A program made the position numbers and the translations under genes. A stretch of 33,400 bases of DNA, from NCBI GenBank assembly GCA_037441705.1, contig JBBIRR010000041.1, forward strand, positions 1-33,400, in the 5' to 3' direction. Below, piece by piece: positions 1 through 8,040 of this stretch. The number at the start of each line of letters is the position of its first letter. Position 1 is the stretch's first letter. The notes under the pieces are model-generated. The model ran no database searches, had not been told where the DNA came from, and saw only the letters and a list, made by a program, of their open reading frames with translations. The stretch is from Ignavibacteriales bacterium. GTDB taxonomy: Bacteria; Bacteroidota; Ignavibacteria; UBA10030; UBA6906.

Positions 1-1
1 T

Positions 2-82
2 GCGTGGACGAGGTGGCTGAAGTTCAAGAAGCCGCTTCGGGATTTGCAGCCGCAGCTCCAGCCCAGTTTTGATGCAGAATGA
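2..82 (+). CDS. possible 3' end of a gene entering from the left edge
   Basis: Frame-2 read AWTRWLKFKKPLRDLQPQLQPSFDAE ends at TGA 80-82; too short to identify. Confidence 0.25.
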   Translation, partial: AWTRWLKFKKPLRDLQPQLQPSFDAE

Positions 83-228
83 ATCATCAAGGTGCTGTGC
101 CTTACCGGTGAACAGCCGAAAGGCAAGGGTAAGCGGGATATGACGGCAAAGGCAGCCATTCTTCTTTCCGGTGTGCTCAAGACCTCATCGTAATTCTGGA
201 TGAACCTTCAGGTCTCCCATCCAACAGC

Positions 229-271
229 GAGCAATCAAGGGCAGGCTGCATCGCCTGCCGCTTGGTTGTTC
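229..271. terminator. long hairpin between converging genes, probable terminator or 3' stability element
   Basis: gagcaatcaag-ggcaggc / gcctgcc-g-cttggttgttc stem with a 6-nt loop; G-U pairs form on the + strand; lies just past the stop of the 284..1075 gene. Confidence 0.45.
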
Positions 272-283
272 TATTCAGCATTG

Positions 284-1075
284 TTACTTTTGCGTCATCT
301 CCTTCGGCTGCACGGAGAGATCGGGACGAATCCTTCCGTTGTGTGTGTCGAACTTGCGGATAACTTTCCACGTTTTTGCCCAGAGAGCTTTTCCTTCCTC
401 GCCCGCTTTCTTCATCCATGCTTCCTGTCGCGTAGCAAAATCCACCGCGTCCTTGGCGGACTGCGAAACGACGAACACGGGCGTATCGCTGCCGAACGAG
501 CCTGAGTAGAGTCGGTAGCCATCGGGCAGGCCAAGCTTCTTGTTCAGCGCCACCCATTCCTTCGCGATGTTCTCGGCTTCCTCTTCCATGCCGGGGTGGA
601 TGTAGTAGAACTCCCACGTCCTGTACAGCATCCCATCGGCAGGCGCGCTGCCGTGGCCGGGATTGTAGGAAAGCTCCGGTCGCATACGGACAAGATAGTT
701 CTTGTGGGACGTATAGCATCCGTCGAATTGATTCATCGCCGCGTCGAACGCCTGCTTGCCGACTTTCTTCTCCACTTCACTCCAGCCTTCTCCCATCTTG
801 TCAACCGCTGCAAGATTTTCTACCGGAGTGAAGTAGATGTACGTGAAATTGTCCATACTTGCCGCCGTGTAAGAGACGGTTGCTACGCCGCTCTTGCCGA
901 TGGTCGCGGCAAGGTTCGACGCTGCATTCTCGTACTTCTCGAGCATCGAAGGGATCACGAGGTCTTCGTGAATGGAAAACAGTTGACCCTTCGGCGCGTC
1001 GCCCTGTGCAAGAACAGGGGATGCTGCAAAGCAGCACAACGCCACGCGTAGAGCAAAGAACAGTTTGGAGTGCAT
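284..1075 (-). CDS. secreted hypothetical protein with two similar alpha+beta halves (possibly NIPSNAP-like fold)
   Basis: 263 aa; signal peptide ending VLA|Q; GGAGG Shine-Dalgarno upstream; both halves end in an R.RP[ED]LS motif. Confidence 0.75.
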   Translation of the reverse strand: MHSKLFFALRVALCCFAASPVLAQGDAPKGQLFSIHEDLVIPSMLEKYENAASNLAATIGKSGVATVSYTAASMDNFTYIYFTPVENLAAVDKMGEGWSEVEKKVGKQAFDAAMNQFDGCYTSHKNYLVRMRPELSYNPGHGSAPADGMLYRTWEFYYIHPGMEEEAENIAKEWVALNKKLGLPDGYRLYSGSFGSDTPVFVVSQSAKDAVDFATRQEAWMKKAGEEGKALWAKTWKVIRKFDTHNGRIRPDLSVQPKEMTQK

Positions 1076-1368
1076 GATGCACCTCCCGAGGTTGGTGGTT
1101 GGATGAATGAGTTAGTGAAGCCACAGCCGGACTCTTGCTGCATCGGCGGGAAGTGTGCGATGAGGCCGACGAGAGGCGAGCAAAGGCTCGCCCATATAAC
1201 GGATTTCCGTAGTCTAAGGCAAGTAAGCGTCGGTGAAATTTTCGTTCTGCAGTAGGGAAGGCCCGTTGCGTTTCCAAACTTCGGTGGCGGGAAGGAAGGA
1301 GTAAGCTTCTTTAGGGATGAAGGCGAGGTTTGTCGCGTACAGTTGCGCAGCGATTGCGCCGCGTGAAA

Positions 1369-1797
1369 TTACACTTTCTCAGCTATTGCCGCTGTGGCAT
1401 CCTTGTGTCCGCTAAACGAGCGTGCGTTTCCGACTCCGTTTTTCAAGCAGTGCAGGAACGCCTCCAGAGCGAACGGCTTCTGGAGCACCGCGTACACGCC
1501 GATGCGTGCCAGACTCTCACACGTCCGTTCGCCCACCGGTCCGGAGCCAAGAACAAAACGAACTCCCGGCCTCATGCTCTTTGCCTTCAAGAACACATCC
1601 AGTCCGCTCCGCCTCGGCAAATCCACATCGGCATACACGATATCAACCTCCCCCGCGCTCCGATCTAGAAGCAAAATTGCCTCCTCGCCGTTCTGCACAC
1701 TGATCACGTGATAGCCGTGAGCCGTCAGCGCTGCTGCAAGTTTCTCGCGCAGCACCGCATCGGCTTCCGCCAGCAACACCGTCTCCCTCTCGCTCAT
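1369..1797 (-). CDS. single-domain response regulator receiver
   Basis: MSERETVLLAEAD...DIVYADVDLP...SG...LQKPF receiver motifs; start placed at ATG 1797 rather than the 1977 ORF start. Confidence 0.8.
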   Translation of the reverse strand: MSERETVLLAEADAVLREKLAAALTAHGYHVISVQNGEEAILLLDRSAGEVDIVYADVDLPRRSGLDVFLKAKSMRPGVRFVLGSGPVGERTCESLARIGVYAVLQKPFALEAFLHCLKNGVGNARSFSGHKDATAAIAEKV

Positions 1798-2320
1798 CGC
1801 ATGAACACCGGGCATTCGTTCCTCTCTGTCGGCACAACAATCGGGAGTGTACCGCAGGAGCCGTCCCTTTGCCCAATGCGTACTCCGTTGGTACATCTCC
1901 CGCCCCTTCAGCACGTTTCCTTCGCTCCAACAACCTGCATCAAGATAACACGTCACGCCCCACGAATACCATCCCACCTTACATGCTTTTCGTGTCAGCG
2001 TCCCAACGGCATTCCGTCATCGTTTGTCCTACGCGACAATCCATCATAGCCGCATGATCTCTCATTCACGGTTGGATTTTTTGGGCGTTCCCGCCGCTTT
2101 GAACAGCAAGCGGCGGTCGGGCTGCTTCGGGCTTCGCCGCCGGCGGCGGCTTCGGTGCCGCAGCCCACAACGCTGCGGCACTGCCTCGCCTCGCCCCGCA
2201 TGCCGACCCTTCGGCGGGCACCCTCCGCATCCCTAACGCAAAAGCAACCAGACTCAACGCTTCGTCATAGATCGCGCATCATGCGAACGCCGAAACGTAC
2301 GACGGGGTTCTGAGCAAAAC

Positions 2321-2947
2321 CTACAGGAGCTTGTGTTCGACCGCGTACTGAACAATCTCCGCGTTGTTGTGCAGCCGCATCTTCTCGAGGATGTGCGTGC
2401 GGTGCGTGCTGATGGTCTTCACGCTTCGATCGAGAATGCGCGCAATCTCTCCAACCGTCCTGCCGGAAGCGATGAGCTTGAACACCTCGAACTCGCGCGT
2501 CGAAAGAAGTTCGTGGGGAGCCTCTGCCATCGTGCCGCTCAGCGTGTCCGCGAGATGCTCGGCAAGCGTGGGACTGACGTACTTGCCTCCTCCAGCAATC
2601 GTGCTGATGGCCGTCAACAGATCGCTCGCCGCCGCCGCTTTGGACATGTAGCCTGCTGCTCCTGCCTTCATCACGCGAACGGCGAACAACTCTTCGGGGT
2701 ACATACTCAGAATCAGCACGGGAAGCGCGGGATACAGATGCTTCACCTCCTTCAACGTGTCCAGCCCGCTTCGACCCGGCAAGTTGAGGTCAAGAATCAG
2801 CATGTCCCATCGCTCACGATGAAGAGCGTCGAGCACCTCATCCGCGTTGCGAGCGTCGCCTACGTGCTCGACGTCGGGAACATCGCTCAGCAGCTTCTTG
2901 ATGCCCTCCCGTACAAGCTCATGATCATCACCGACCAAAATGCGCAT
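2321..2947 (-). CDS. NarL/UvrY-family response regulator (REC + LuxR HTH)
   Basis: MRILVGDDHELVREG...LDLNLPGRSG...LSTREFEVFKLIASG...SVKTISTHR; true start at ATG 2947. Confidence 0.93.
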   Translation of the reverse strand: MRILVGDDHELVREGIKKLLSDVPDVEHVGDARNADEVLDALHRERWDMLILDLNLPGRSGLDTLKEVKHLYPALPVLILSMYPEELFAVRVMKAGAAGYMSKAAAASDLLTAISTIAGGGKYVSPTLAEHLADTLSGTMAEAPHELLSTREFEVFKLIASGRTVGEIARILDRSVKTISTHRTHILEKMRLHNNAEIVQYAVEHKLL

Positions 2948-2957
2948 CAGTCCTTCG

Positions 2958-3941
2958 CTACAAGAGTCCGGTGTCGTTGTACCACCGATACGCCCGACGG
3001 ATGGCTTCGTCGAACGGGGTGATCGTATAGCCGAGTTCTCGTTCGGCTTTCGCCGATGAGTACCAGTTGTACTTTCCCGCACCCGAAACCAGATCGGGCG
3101 TGAGAAGAGGATCAACACCAAGGAGATTGCTGAGCCACTCCACGCCAGCGGCCACGGTGCGCAGCGCCGGCAGAGGCAGCTTCATCAGCGGCGGCAATCC
3201 CCCGACGATGCGCGCCGTGCGACGAAACACCTCCTTGTGCGTTAGGTTTTCGCCGCCCAGAATGTAGCGCTCGCCGCGTCCGCCTCGCTGCGCCGCTGCA
3301 ATCATTCCGCTCACAACATCTCCTACATACACAATGTTCATCCCACCGTCAATGTACAACGGTACCTGCCACTTCTTGACTCTTCGAATGATGTCGCCGC
3401 CGTGAAAGTGAATGTCACGCTCGCCCACAACCACTGAGGGGTTGACAATCACGGCATGCAGTCCTTGCTCCGCCGCCTGCCGCACAACTTGTTCGGACTC
3501 ATGCTTCGAATACTTGTAGCCGACGGTTCGTCCCCAGTTGAACGGCGTCTCCTCGGTTGCCAGCGTGCCCTCGGGCGGATAGCCGATGGCCGCAACAGAG
3601 CTGGTGTGCACAAGGCACCGGATGCCGGTCGCGCGACACGCCTCGATCACGTTGCGCGTGCCGCCGATGTTGACGGCAAGCTGTTCTTCGGCCTTCTTCT
3701 TTTCGAATGTGACCATCGCGGCGCAGTGGAACACCGTATCGCATCCCCGCATCGCAACCATCAGCGACTGGAGGTCTCTCACATCTCCGATATGGTGTTC
3801 GACATCTGCATCGGCGATGGCTCGGAGATCGGAGTGCGCACGTCGGAGGATGCGCACGCTGATGCCTGCTGCGCGCAGCCGCACGGCCAGGTTAGCCCCG
3901 ATGAATCCCGTGCCGCCGGTGATCAACACGGTGTTCATCAC
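2958..3941 (-). CDS. NAD-dependent epimerase/dehydratase (extended SDR, dihydroflavonol-reductase/HpnA-like)
   Basis: ITGGTGFIG Rossmann motif, HTSS and YKYSK (YxxxK) catalytic motif. Confidence 0.9.
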   Translation of the reverse strand: MMNTVLITGGTGFIGANLAVRLRAAGISVRILRRAHSDLRAIADADVEHHIGDVRDLQSLMVAMRGCDTVFHCAAMVTFEKKKAEEQLAVNIGGTRNVIEACRATGIRCLVHTSSVAAIGYPPEGTLATEETPFNWGRTVGYKYSKHESEQVVRQAAEQGLHAVIVNPSVVVGERDIHFHGGDIIRRVKKWQVPLYIDGGMNIVYVGDVVSGMIAAAQRGGRGERYILGGENLTHKEVFRRTARIVGGLPPLMKLPLPALRTVAAGVEWLSNLLGVDPLLTPDLVSGAGKYNWYSSAKAERELGYTITPFDEAIRRAYRWYNDTGLL

Positions 3942-4738
3942 GAAGCGACGCGCCGCAGGAACGCAAGCAGGTGTCGGTTGAACTCGTCGGGGTTCTCCAG
4001 GTTGCTCATGTGTGCAGCGTCCGGAATGATGTGCAGCTCCGAGCCTGGGATCTTCTCGTGCATGGCGCGCGATGCGGCAGGCGGCGTGGTGACATCCTTC
4101 TCGCCGACGAGGATGAGCGTCGGAATCCGCATCTGAGGAAGAAAGGCGGTTGTGTCCGTCCTGGCAGCGAGCGCTAACAGCGTGCCGGCAATGCTCAACG
4201 GCGGCGTTGCCGCGATGATCTTCGCAATGCGTTGAACGACATCGGGTCGGCGGACGAACGTGTCGGCGGCAAAAACGTTGCGAACGAACGTCTCGGCAAA
4301 CGCTTCCGAGCCTTGCTCACGCACCATCTTCATGTTCTCGAAACGTTTGAGCTTTCCCTCGTTGGTATCGGCCTCGCTTTTCGTATCGCACAAGACGGCG
4401 GCACGAAATCGCTGCTGGTCGCGCTCCAACGCCCGCAGCGCAATGTATCCGCCCATCGAAAGTCCGACGATGACCGGCTTTTCCAATTTCCATTCGTCTA
4501 TCAGGGCGATCAGGTCATCCACGTGATGTTCAATCGTAAACTGCCCATCGCCCACATAACTCTTGCCGTGCCCGCGCACGTCGTACGCTATCGCCCGGAA
4601 CTCCTGAGCTACCAGGCCAATCTGTTCGCTCCACATTTCATGACTGAACGGGAAACCGTGAATGAAAATGACCGGCATGGCGTTCCGGTTTCCCTCATCC
4701 ACATACCAGAAGGGAACGTCCTTAACGTAGATAAACAT
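3938..4738 (-). CDS. alpha/beta hydrolase (3-oxoadipate enol-lactonase-like)
   Basis: FIHGFP oxyanion loop, GLSMGG nucleophile elbow, GEKD acid and AAH histidine. Confidence 0.9.
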   Translation of the reverse strand: MFIYVKDVPFWYVDEGNRNAMPVIFIHGFPFSHEMWSEQIGLVAQEFRAIAYDVRGHGKSYVGDGQFTIEHHVDDLIALIDEWKLEKPVIVGLSMGGYIALRALERDQQRFRAAVLCDTKSEADTNEGKLKRFENMKMVREQGSEAFAETFVRNVFAADTFVRRPDVVQRIAKIIAATPPLSIAGTLLALAARTDTTAFLPQMRIPTLILVGEKDVTTPPAASRAMHEKIPGSELHIIPDAAHMSNLENPDEFNRHLLAFLRRVAS

Positions 4739-4771
4739 TGGGGGTTGAACAGTAGTGAAACATGCCGCTGT

Positions 4772-4800
4772 AGGGTATCCAATTCATAGTACTTTGTCAA
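4772..4800 (-). promoter_or_regulatory. sigma70-type promoter for the hydrolase-epimerase-regulator operon
   Basis: Minus strand TTGACA-17 nt-TACCCT about 35 nt upstream of ATG 4738. Confidence 0.5.
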
Positions 4801-4879
4801 GGGCATCTCTCCTGAACGTGGCATGTTTTGTTTAGAACGCTCGAACGCAACGCTCGAGGCTGTACAAAAAGAAACCATT

Positions 4880-4994
4880 GTCATTCTGAACCCTTCGGCT
4901 TCGCTCACGGTAAACTCAGCGTAGCCGATTGAAGAATCCAGTAAATGGCTTGGCTCTGGATTCTTCGCCTATGAGAAACGAGGCTCAGAATGAC
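4880..4994. repeat. REP/MITE-like nested palindromic element
   Basis: Outer inverted repeat GTCATTCTGA (4880-4889) / TCAGAATGAC (4985-4994); inner IR GAAGAATCCAG (4931-4941) / CTGGATTCTTC (4956-4966); internal CCCTTCGGCTTCGCTCACGG motif. Confidence 0.7.
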
Positions 4995-5022
4995 GTTACT
5001 ACGTTTTGGTCTGCCTCTTACG

Positions 5023-5051
5023 TTGAACCTTCACGAGAGCTTTGGTATATT
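5023..5051 (+). promoter_or_regulatory. sigma70-type promoter of the dipeptidase
   Basis: TTGAAC-17 nt-TATATT, followed by GGAGA SD and ATG 5093. Confidence 0.6.
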
Positions 5052-5092
5052 GAATTGCAATCACCAACCTTTCCTCATCATGGAGATATACC

Positions 5093-6478
5093 ATGGAACA
5101 GGTCCTCACATACCTCGACCAAAATAAAGAGCGCTATCTCGCCGAGCTGAAAGACCTCCTGGCCATTCCGAGTGTCAGCACAAATCCCGACAACAAGGCC
5201 GATGTTGAACGGTGCGCCCACTCGATCGCCGACCACATGCGAAGCATCGGATTGCAGAACGTGCAGGTGATGCCCACGCCGGGTCACCCGGTGGTGTACG
5301 GCGACTGGCTGAACGCGCCGGGCAAACCGACCGTGCTGCTCTACGGTCACTACGATGTGCAGCCCCCGGAGCCGTTGGAGTTGTGGACGTCGCCCCCGTT
5401 CGAAGCGACCATTCGCGGTGACAACCTCTATGCACGAGGCTCTGCCGATGACAAAGGGCAGGTGTTCATTCATTTCAAGAGTATCGAAGCCTACCTGAAG
5501 AACACCGGTGCCCTTCCCATCAACATCAAGCTCTTGATTGAGGGAGAAGAGGAGATCGGAAGCGAGCATCTCGTGCCGTTTGTAACCGAGCATAAGCAGA
5601 TGCTGAAAGCCGATCTCGTGCTGATCTCGGATTCATCGATGTTTGCCAAAGGAGTTCCTTCGATCTGCTATGCGCTGCGCGGCCTGGCGTACATGCAGGT
5701 GGATCTTGTCGGTCCGAACAAGGACCTGCACTCCGGTTCGTTCGGCGGCACGGTCCATAACCCGATTCAGGCGCTTGCGGAAATTATCGCGAAGCTACAC
5801 GACAAGAATGGTCGGGTGACGATTCCCGGTTTCTACAAGGATGTCCGCCCGCTGAGTGCCGAAGAGCGGAGATCGTTCAAGAAGCTGCCCTGGAACGATA
5901 AGAAGTACGCGGCCGAACTCGGCGTGAAGCAGTTATACGGCGAGAAAGGCTTCACGACGCTTGAGCGTGTGTGGGCTCGTCCGACGCTCGAATGCAACGG
6001 CATCTGGGGCGGTTTCACGGGTGAGGGCGCGAAAACGGTTTTGCCCTCGAAAGCCTCCGCGAAAATTTCCATGCGCCTGGTGCCCGACCAGAAAGCAGAA
6101 AAGATTGCGAAGCTGTTCGAGCGACACATCAAGAAGATTGCGCCGAAGACGGTGAGCGTGAGTGTACGCTACCTGCACGGCGGCGAGGCGGCCATCACGC
6201 CGATTGATTCACCGGGCGTGCAGGCGGCAGTTGCTGCGCTCGAGAAGGGATTTGGCAAGAAACCATTGTACCAGCGTGAGGGAGGATCTATTCCGATCGT
6301 CGTGCAGTTCAAGGAGGTGCTCGGGCTTGATACGGTGCTACTGGGCTTCGGCCTGCCGGATGAGAATGCGCACGCGCCGGACGAGTTCATCAACCTCGAC
6401 AACTTTTTCGGCGGCATGCGCACAAGCGCGCATTTCTTCAACGAGCTGCCGCGCTTCATGAGCGATAAGAAACGGTAG
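5093..6478 (+). CDS. M20A-family dipeptidase (Dug1/CNDP-like)
   Basis: YGHYDVQP, ARGSADDKGQ, EGEEEIGS, DLHSG, GGSIP and NAHAPDE metal-binding motifs. Confidence 0.95.
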   Translation: MEQVLTYLDQNKERYLAELKDLLAIPSVSTNPDNKADVERCAHSIADHMRSIGLQNVQVMPTPGHPVVYGDWLNAPGKPTVLLYGHYDVQPPEPLELWTSPPFEATIRGDNLYARGSADDKGQVFIHFKSIEAYLKNTGALPINIKLLIEGEEEIGSEHLVPFVTEHKQMLKADLVLISDSSMFAKGVPSICYALRGLAYMQVDLVGPNKDLHSGSFGGTVHNPIQALAEIIAKLHDKNGRVTIPGFYKDVRPLSAEERRSFKKLPWNDKKYAAELGVKQLYGEKGFTTLERVWARPTLECNGIWGGFTGEGAKTVLPSKASAKISMRLVPDQKAEKIAKLFERHIKKIAPKTVSVSVRYLHGGEAAITPIDSPGVQAAVAALEKGFGKKPLYQREGGSIPIVVQFKEVLGLDTVLLGFGLPDENAHAPDEFINLDNFFGGMRTSAHFFNELPRFMSDKKR

Positions 6479-6551
6479 GTTCATCCAACCACTCGAGATG
6501 TGTTGCTCAACGCAACAACCTCCTCGTGAAGTTCGCGATGTCGTCGTGAGA

Positions 6552-6580
6552 TTGAATTCCATTCCACGCCTTCGTATATT
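6552..6580 (+). promoter_or_regulatory. sigma70-type promoter upstream of tRNA-His
   Basis: TTGAAT-17 nt-TATATT. Confidence 0.6.
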
Positions 6581-6610
6581 GGAACGGCATTGCACGAGGG
6601 ATTCCTCGAG

Positions 6611-6676
6611 GCCGGGGTCTCGTCCCAAACTCAGTTTGGGACGGATTGGTTAGAGCACCAGATGATGAGCCTGGGG
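6611..6676 (+). pseudogene. degenerate tRNA 5'-half copy with an inserted palindrome
   Basis: GCCGGGGT start; perfect 10-bp hairpin 6621-6643; TGGTTAGAGCACCAGAT (6647-6663) matches tRNA-His 6715-6731 at 16 of 17 nt; no T-arm. Confidence 0.45.
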
Positions 6677-6698
6677 CATTAGCTTGATATCGTTCATC

Positions 6699-6772
6699 GC
6701 CGACGTAGCTCAGCTGGTTAGAGCATCAGATTGTGGATCTGAGGGTCGTAGGTTCGAGTCCTACCGTCGGTA
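6699..6772 (+). tRNA. tRNA-His (GTG); no encoded G-1, G1:U72, A73, CCA not encoded
   Basis: Acceptor GCCGACG/CGTCGGT, D arm GCTC..GAGC, anticodon arm TCAGA-TTGTGGA-TCTGA, T arm GTAGG-TTCGAGT-CCTAC. Confidence 0.95.
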
Positions 6773-6822
6773 CACGATACTGCGTCACTCCACCCGAATG
6801 GATTCAGGGGAGTGCATGATGT

Positions 6823-6867
6823 TCGCCCGCGTGGTGCGCGTCCACGCGGGCGATTGCATTTTTCTTC
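6823..6867 (+). terminator. intrinsic terminator after tRNA-His
   Basis: 12-bp stem TCGCCCGCGTGG / CCACGCGGGCGA followed by TTGCATTTTTCTT. Confidence 0.6.
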
Positions 6868-6919
6868 TGCCACAAATGACCAGGAGAGTTAGGAGCTCCA
6901 GTAGGGCCGACTTCGGCGA

Positions 6920-6948
6920 TTGCTCCTGACACACTTTTGACGTATATT
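6920..6948 (+). promoter_or_regulatory. sigma70-type promoter upstream of tRNA-Met
   Basis: TTGCTC-17 nt-TATATT. Confidence 0.55.
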
Positions 6949-6977
6949 GTGTACGGCATCTGTATGTCGCAGAAGAT

Positions 6978-7054
6978 GGCGGGATAGCTCAGCTGGTTAG
7001 AGCGTCGGAATCATAATCCGTAGGTCGGGGGTTCGAATCCCTCTCCCGCTACCA
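6978..7054 (+). tRNA. tRNA-Met (CAT), most likely elongator
   Basis: GGCGGGA/TCCCGCT acceptor, A73, encoded CCA, anticodon loop ATCATAA, T arm GGGGG-TTCGAAT-CCCTC; lacks the initiator C1:A72 mismatch and the three G-C anticodon-stem pairs. Confidence 0.9.
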
Positions 7055-7460
7055 CACCCTTTGGGTCGCCGGCTCACCTGAAGAATATTTTTCGAAAGAC
7101 TGCTTTCCGTTAGGTTTTTCCTACTGCCTTTACTATATTGAGCAGCGAGCTTTCCGTCGCGCTGTTCTTTAACGTATCCTGTGAAACGTGCCTTTCCAAC
7201 GGGTTTTTCCCATGCTTCTTGAAACGAAAGTGCCTCTCCCGTCATGTCCCATCCACACAGGATATAGAACGAACATCAGGTATGCCCTCCTTGATTTGAT
7301 ACATCCCTCCTTATCGCCGGAACGGCGGGCCGAACGTACGACCATCTCACCATCCGAGCTTCGTGTCCGATCAGCGCATGCTCGGTGAACCATCTCACAA
7401 GAACAGAATGAACATCGCAGATTTGCACATCCCTCAATACACGAGACAGGAGGATCGAAA

Positions 7461-7970
7461 GTGAAACAGCGACGGCACGCACATAATCTTGTGGTGGTCG
7501 GAACAACATTCGCGCAGATGATTGCAGGCTACGTCTGGGGCCAGGCAAAGCTCATGAGTACATACGAGTTGACGAACCGCGCTTCTGTCATCGCGGTGGC
7601 AAAAGTGGCGACCGTGCAATCGGAGTGGAGTTCGGATCGTTCGCGGATACTGACGCGCGTCGGGCTTTCGGTTGAACAGTACCTGAAGGGTGAGCGGGCC
7701 GAACGCGCACTCACGATTGTCGTCCCCGGTGGCGAGATTGATGGCGTGGGTGAGTTGTACAGTCACGCCGCGCGATTCAAACCTCACGAGGAGGTTGTTC
7801 TCTTCGCCGAGCGAGACACTCGTGGCAACCTGCGTGTTGTAGGGGGCGAACAGGGGAAGTTTACTGTTGTCGAAGACAAAGCAAGCGGCAGAAGATTCGT
7901 GGGTGAGGATCAGGCATTCGAGATATTTACAGAGAGAATCAAGCAGGTAGTGAAGGCGAATCCAAGGTAG
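7461..7970 (+). CDS. secreted hypothetical protein (resembles small proteins or prodomains found ahead of matrixin-like proteases)
   Basis: GTG start after AGGAGG; weak signal peptide ending VWG|Q; ELTNRASVIAVAKV..VEQYLKG..VPGGEIDG..EEVVLF..QGKF pattern. Confidence 0.7.
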   Translation: MKQRRHAHNLVVVGTTFAQMIAGYVWGQAKLMSTYELTNRASVIAVAKVATVQSEWSSDRSRILTRVGLSVEQYLKGERAERALTIVVPGGEIDGVGELYSHAARFKPHEEVVLFAERDTRGNLRVVGGEQGKFTVVEDKASGRRFVGEDQAFEIFTERIKQVVKANPR

Positions 7971-8040
7971 TCGGACTGAATCAGTTTCCCCGGATGCCGC
8001 CGCATGGCAGCACCGATCCATCACGATGCAAGGAGCTTCA

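Noticed and set aside
1995-2257. Small ORFs (62-70 aa) between the two response regulators
   Set aside because: GC-rich low-complexity translations on both strands with no convincing start or motif; cannot be supported.
7055-7460. Integrative element or att site at tRNA-Met
   Set aside because: No integrase in the window, and I found no duplicate of the tRNA 3' end by eye.
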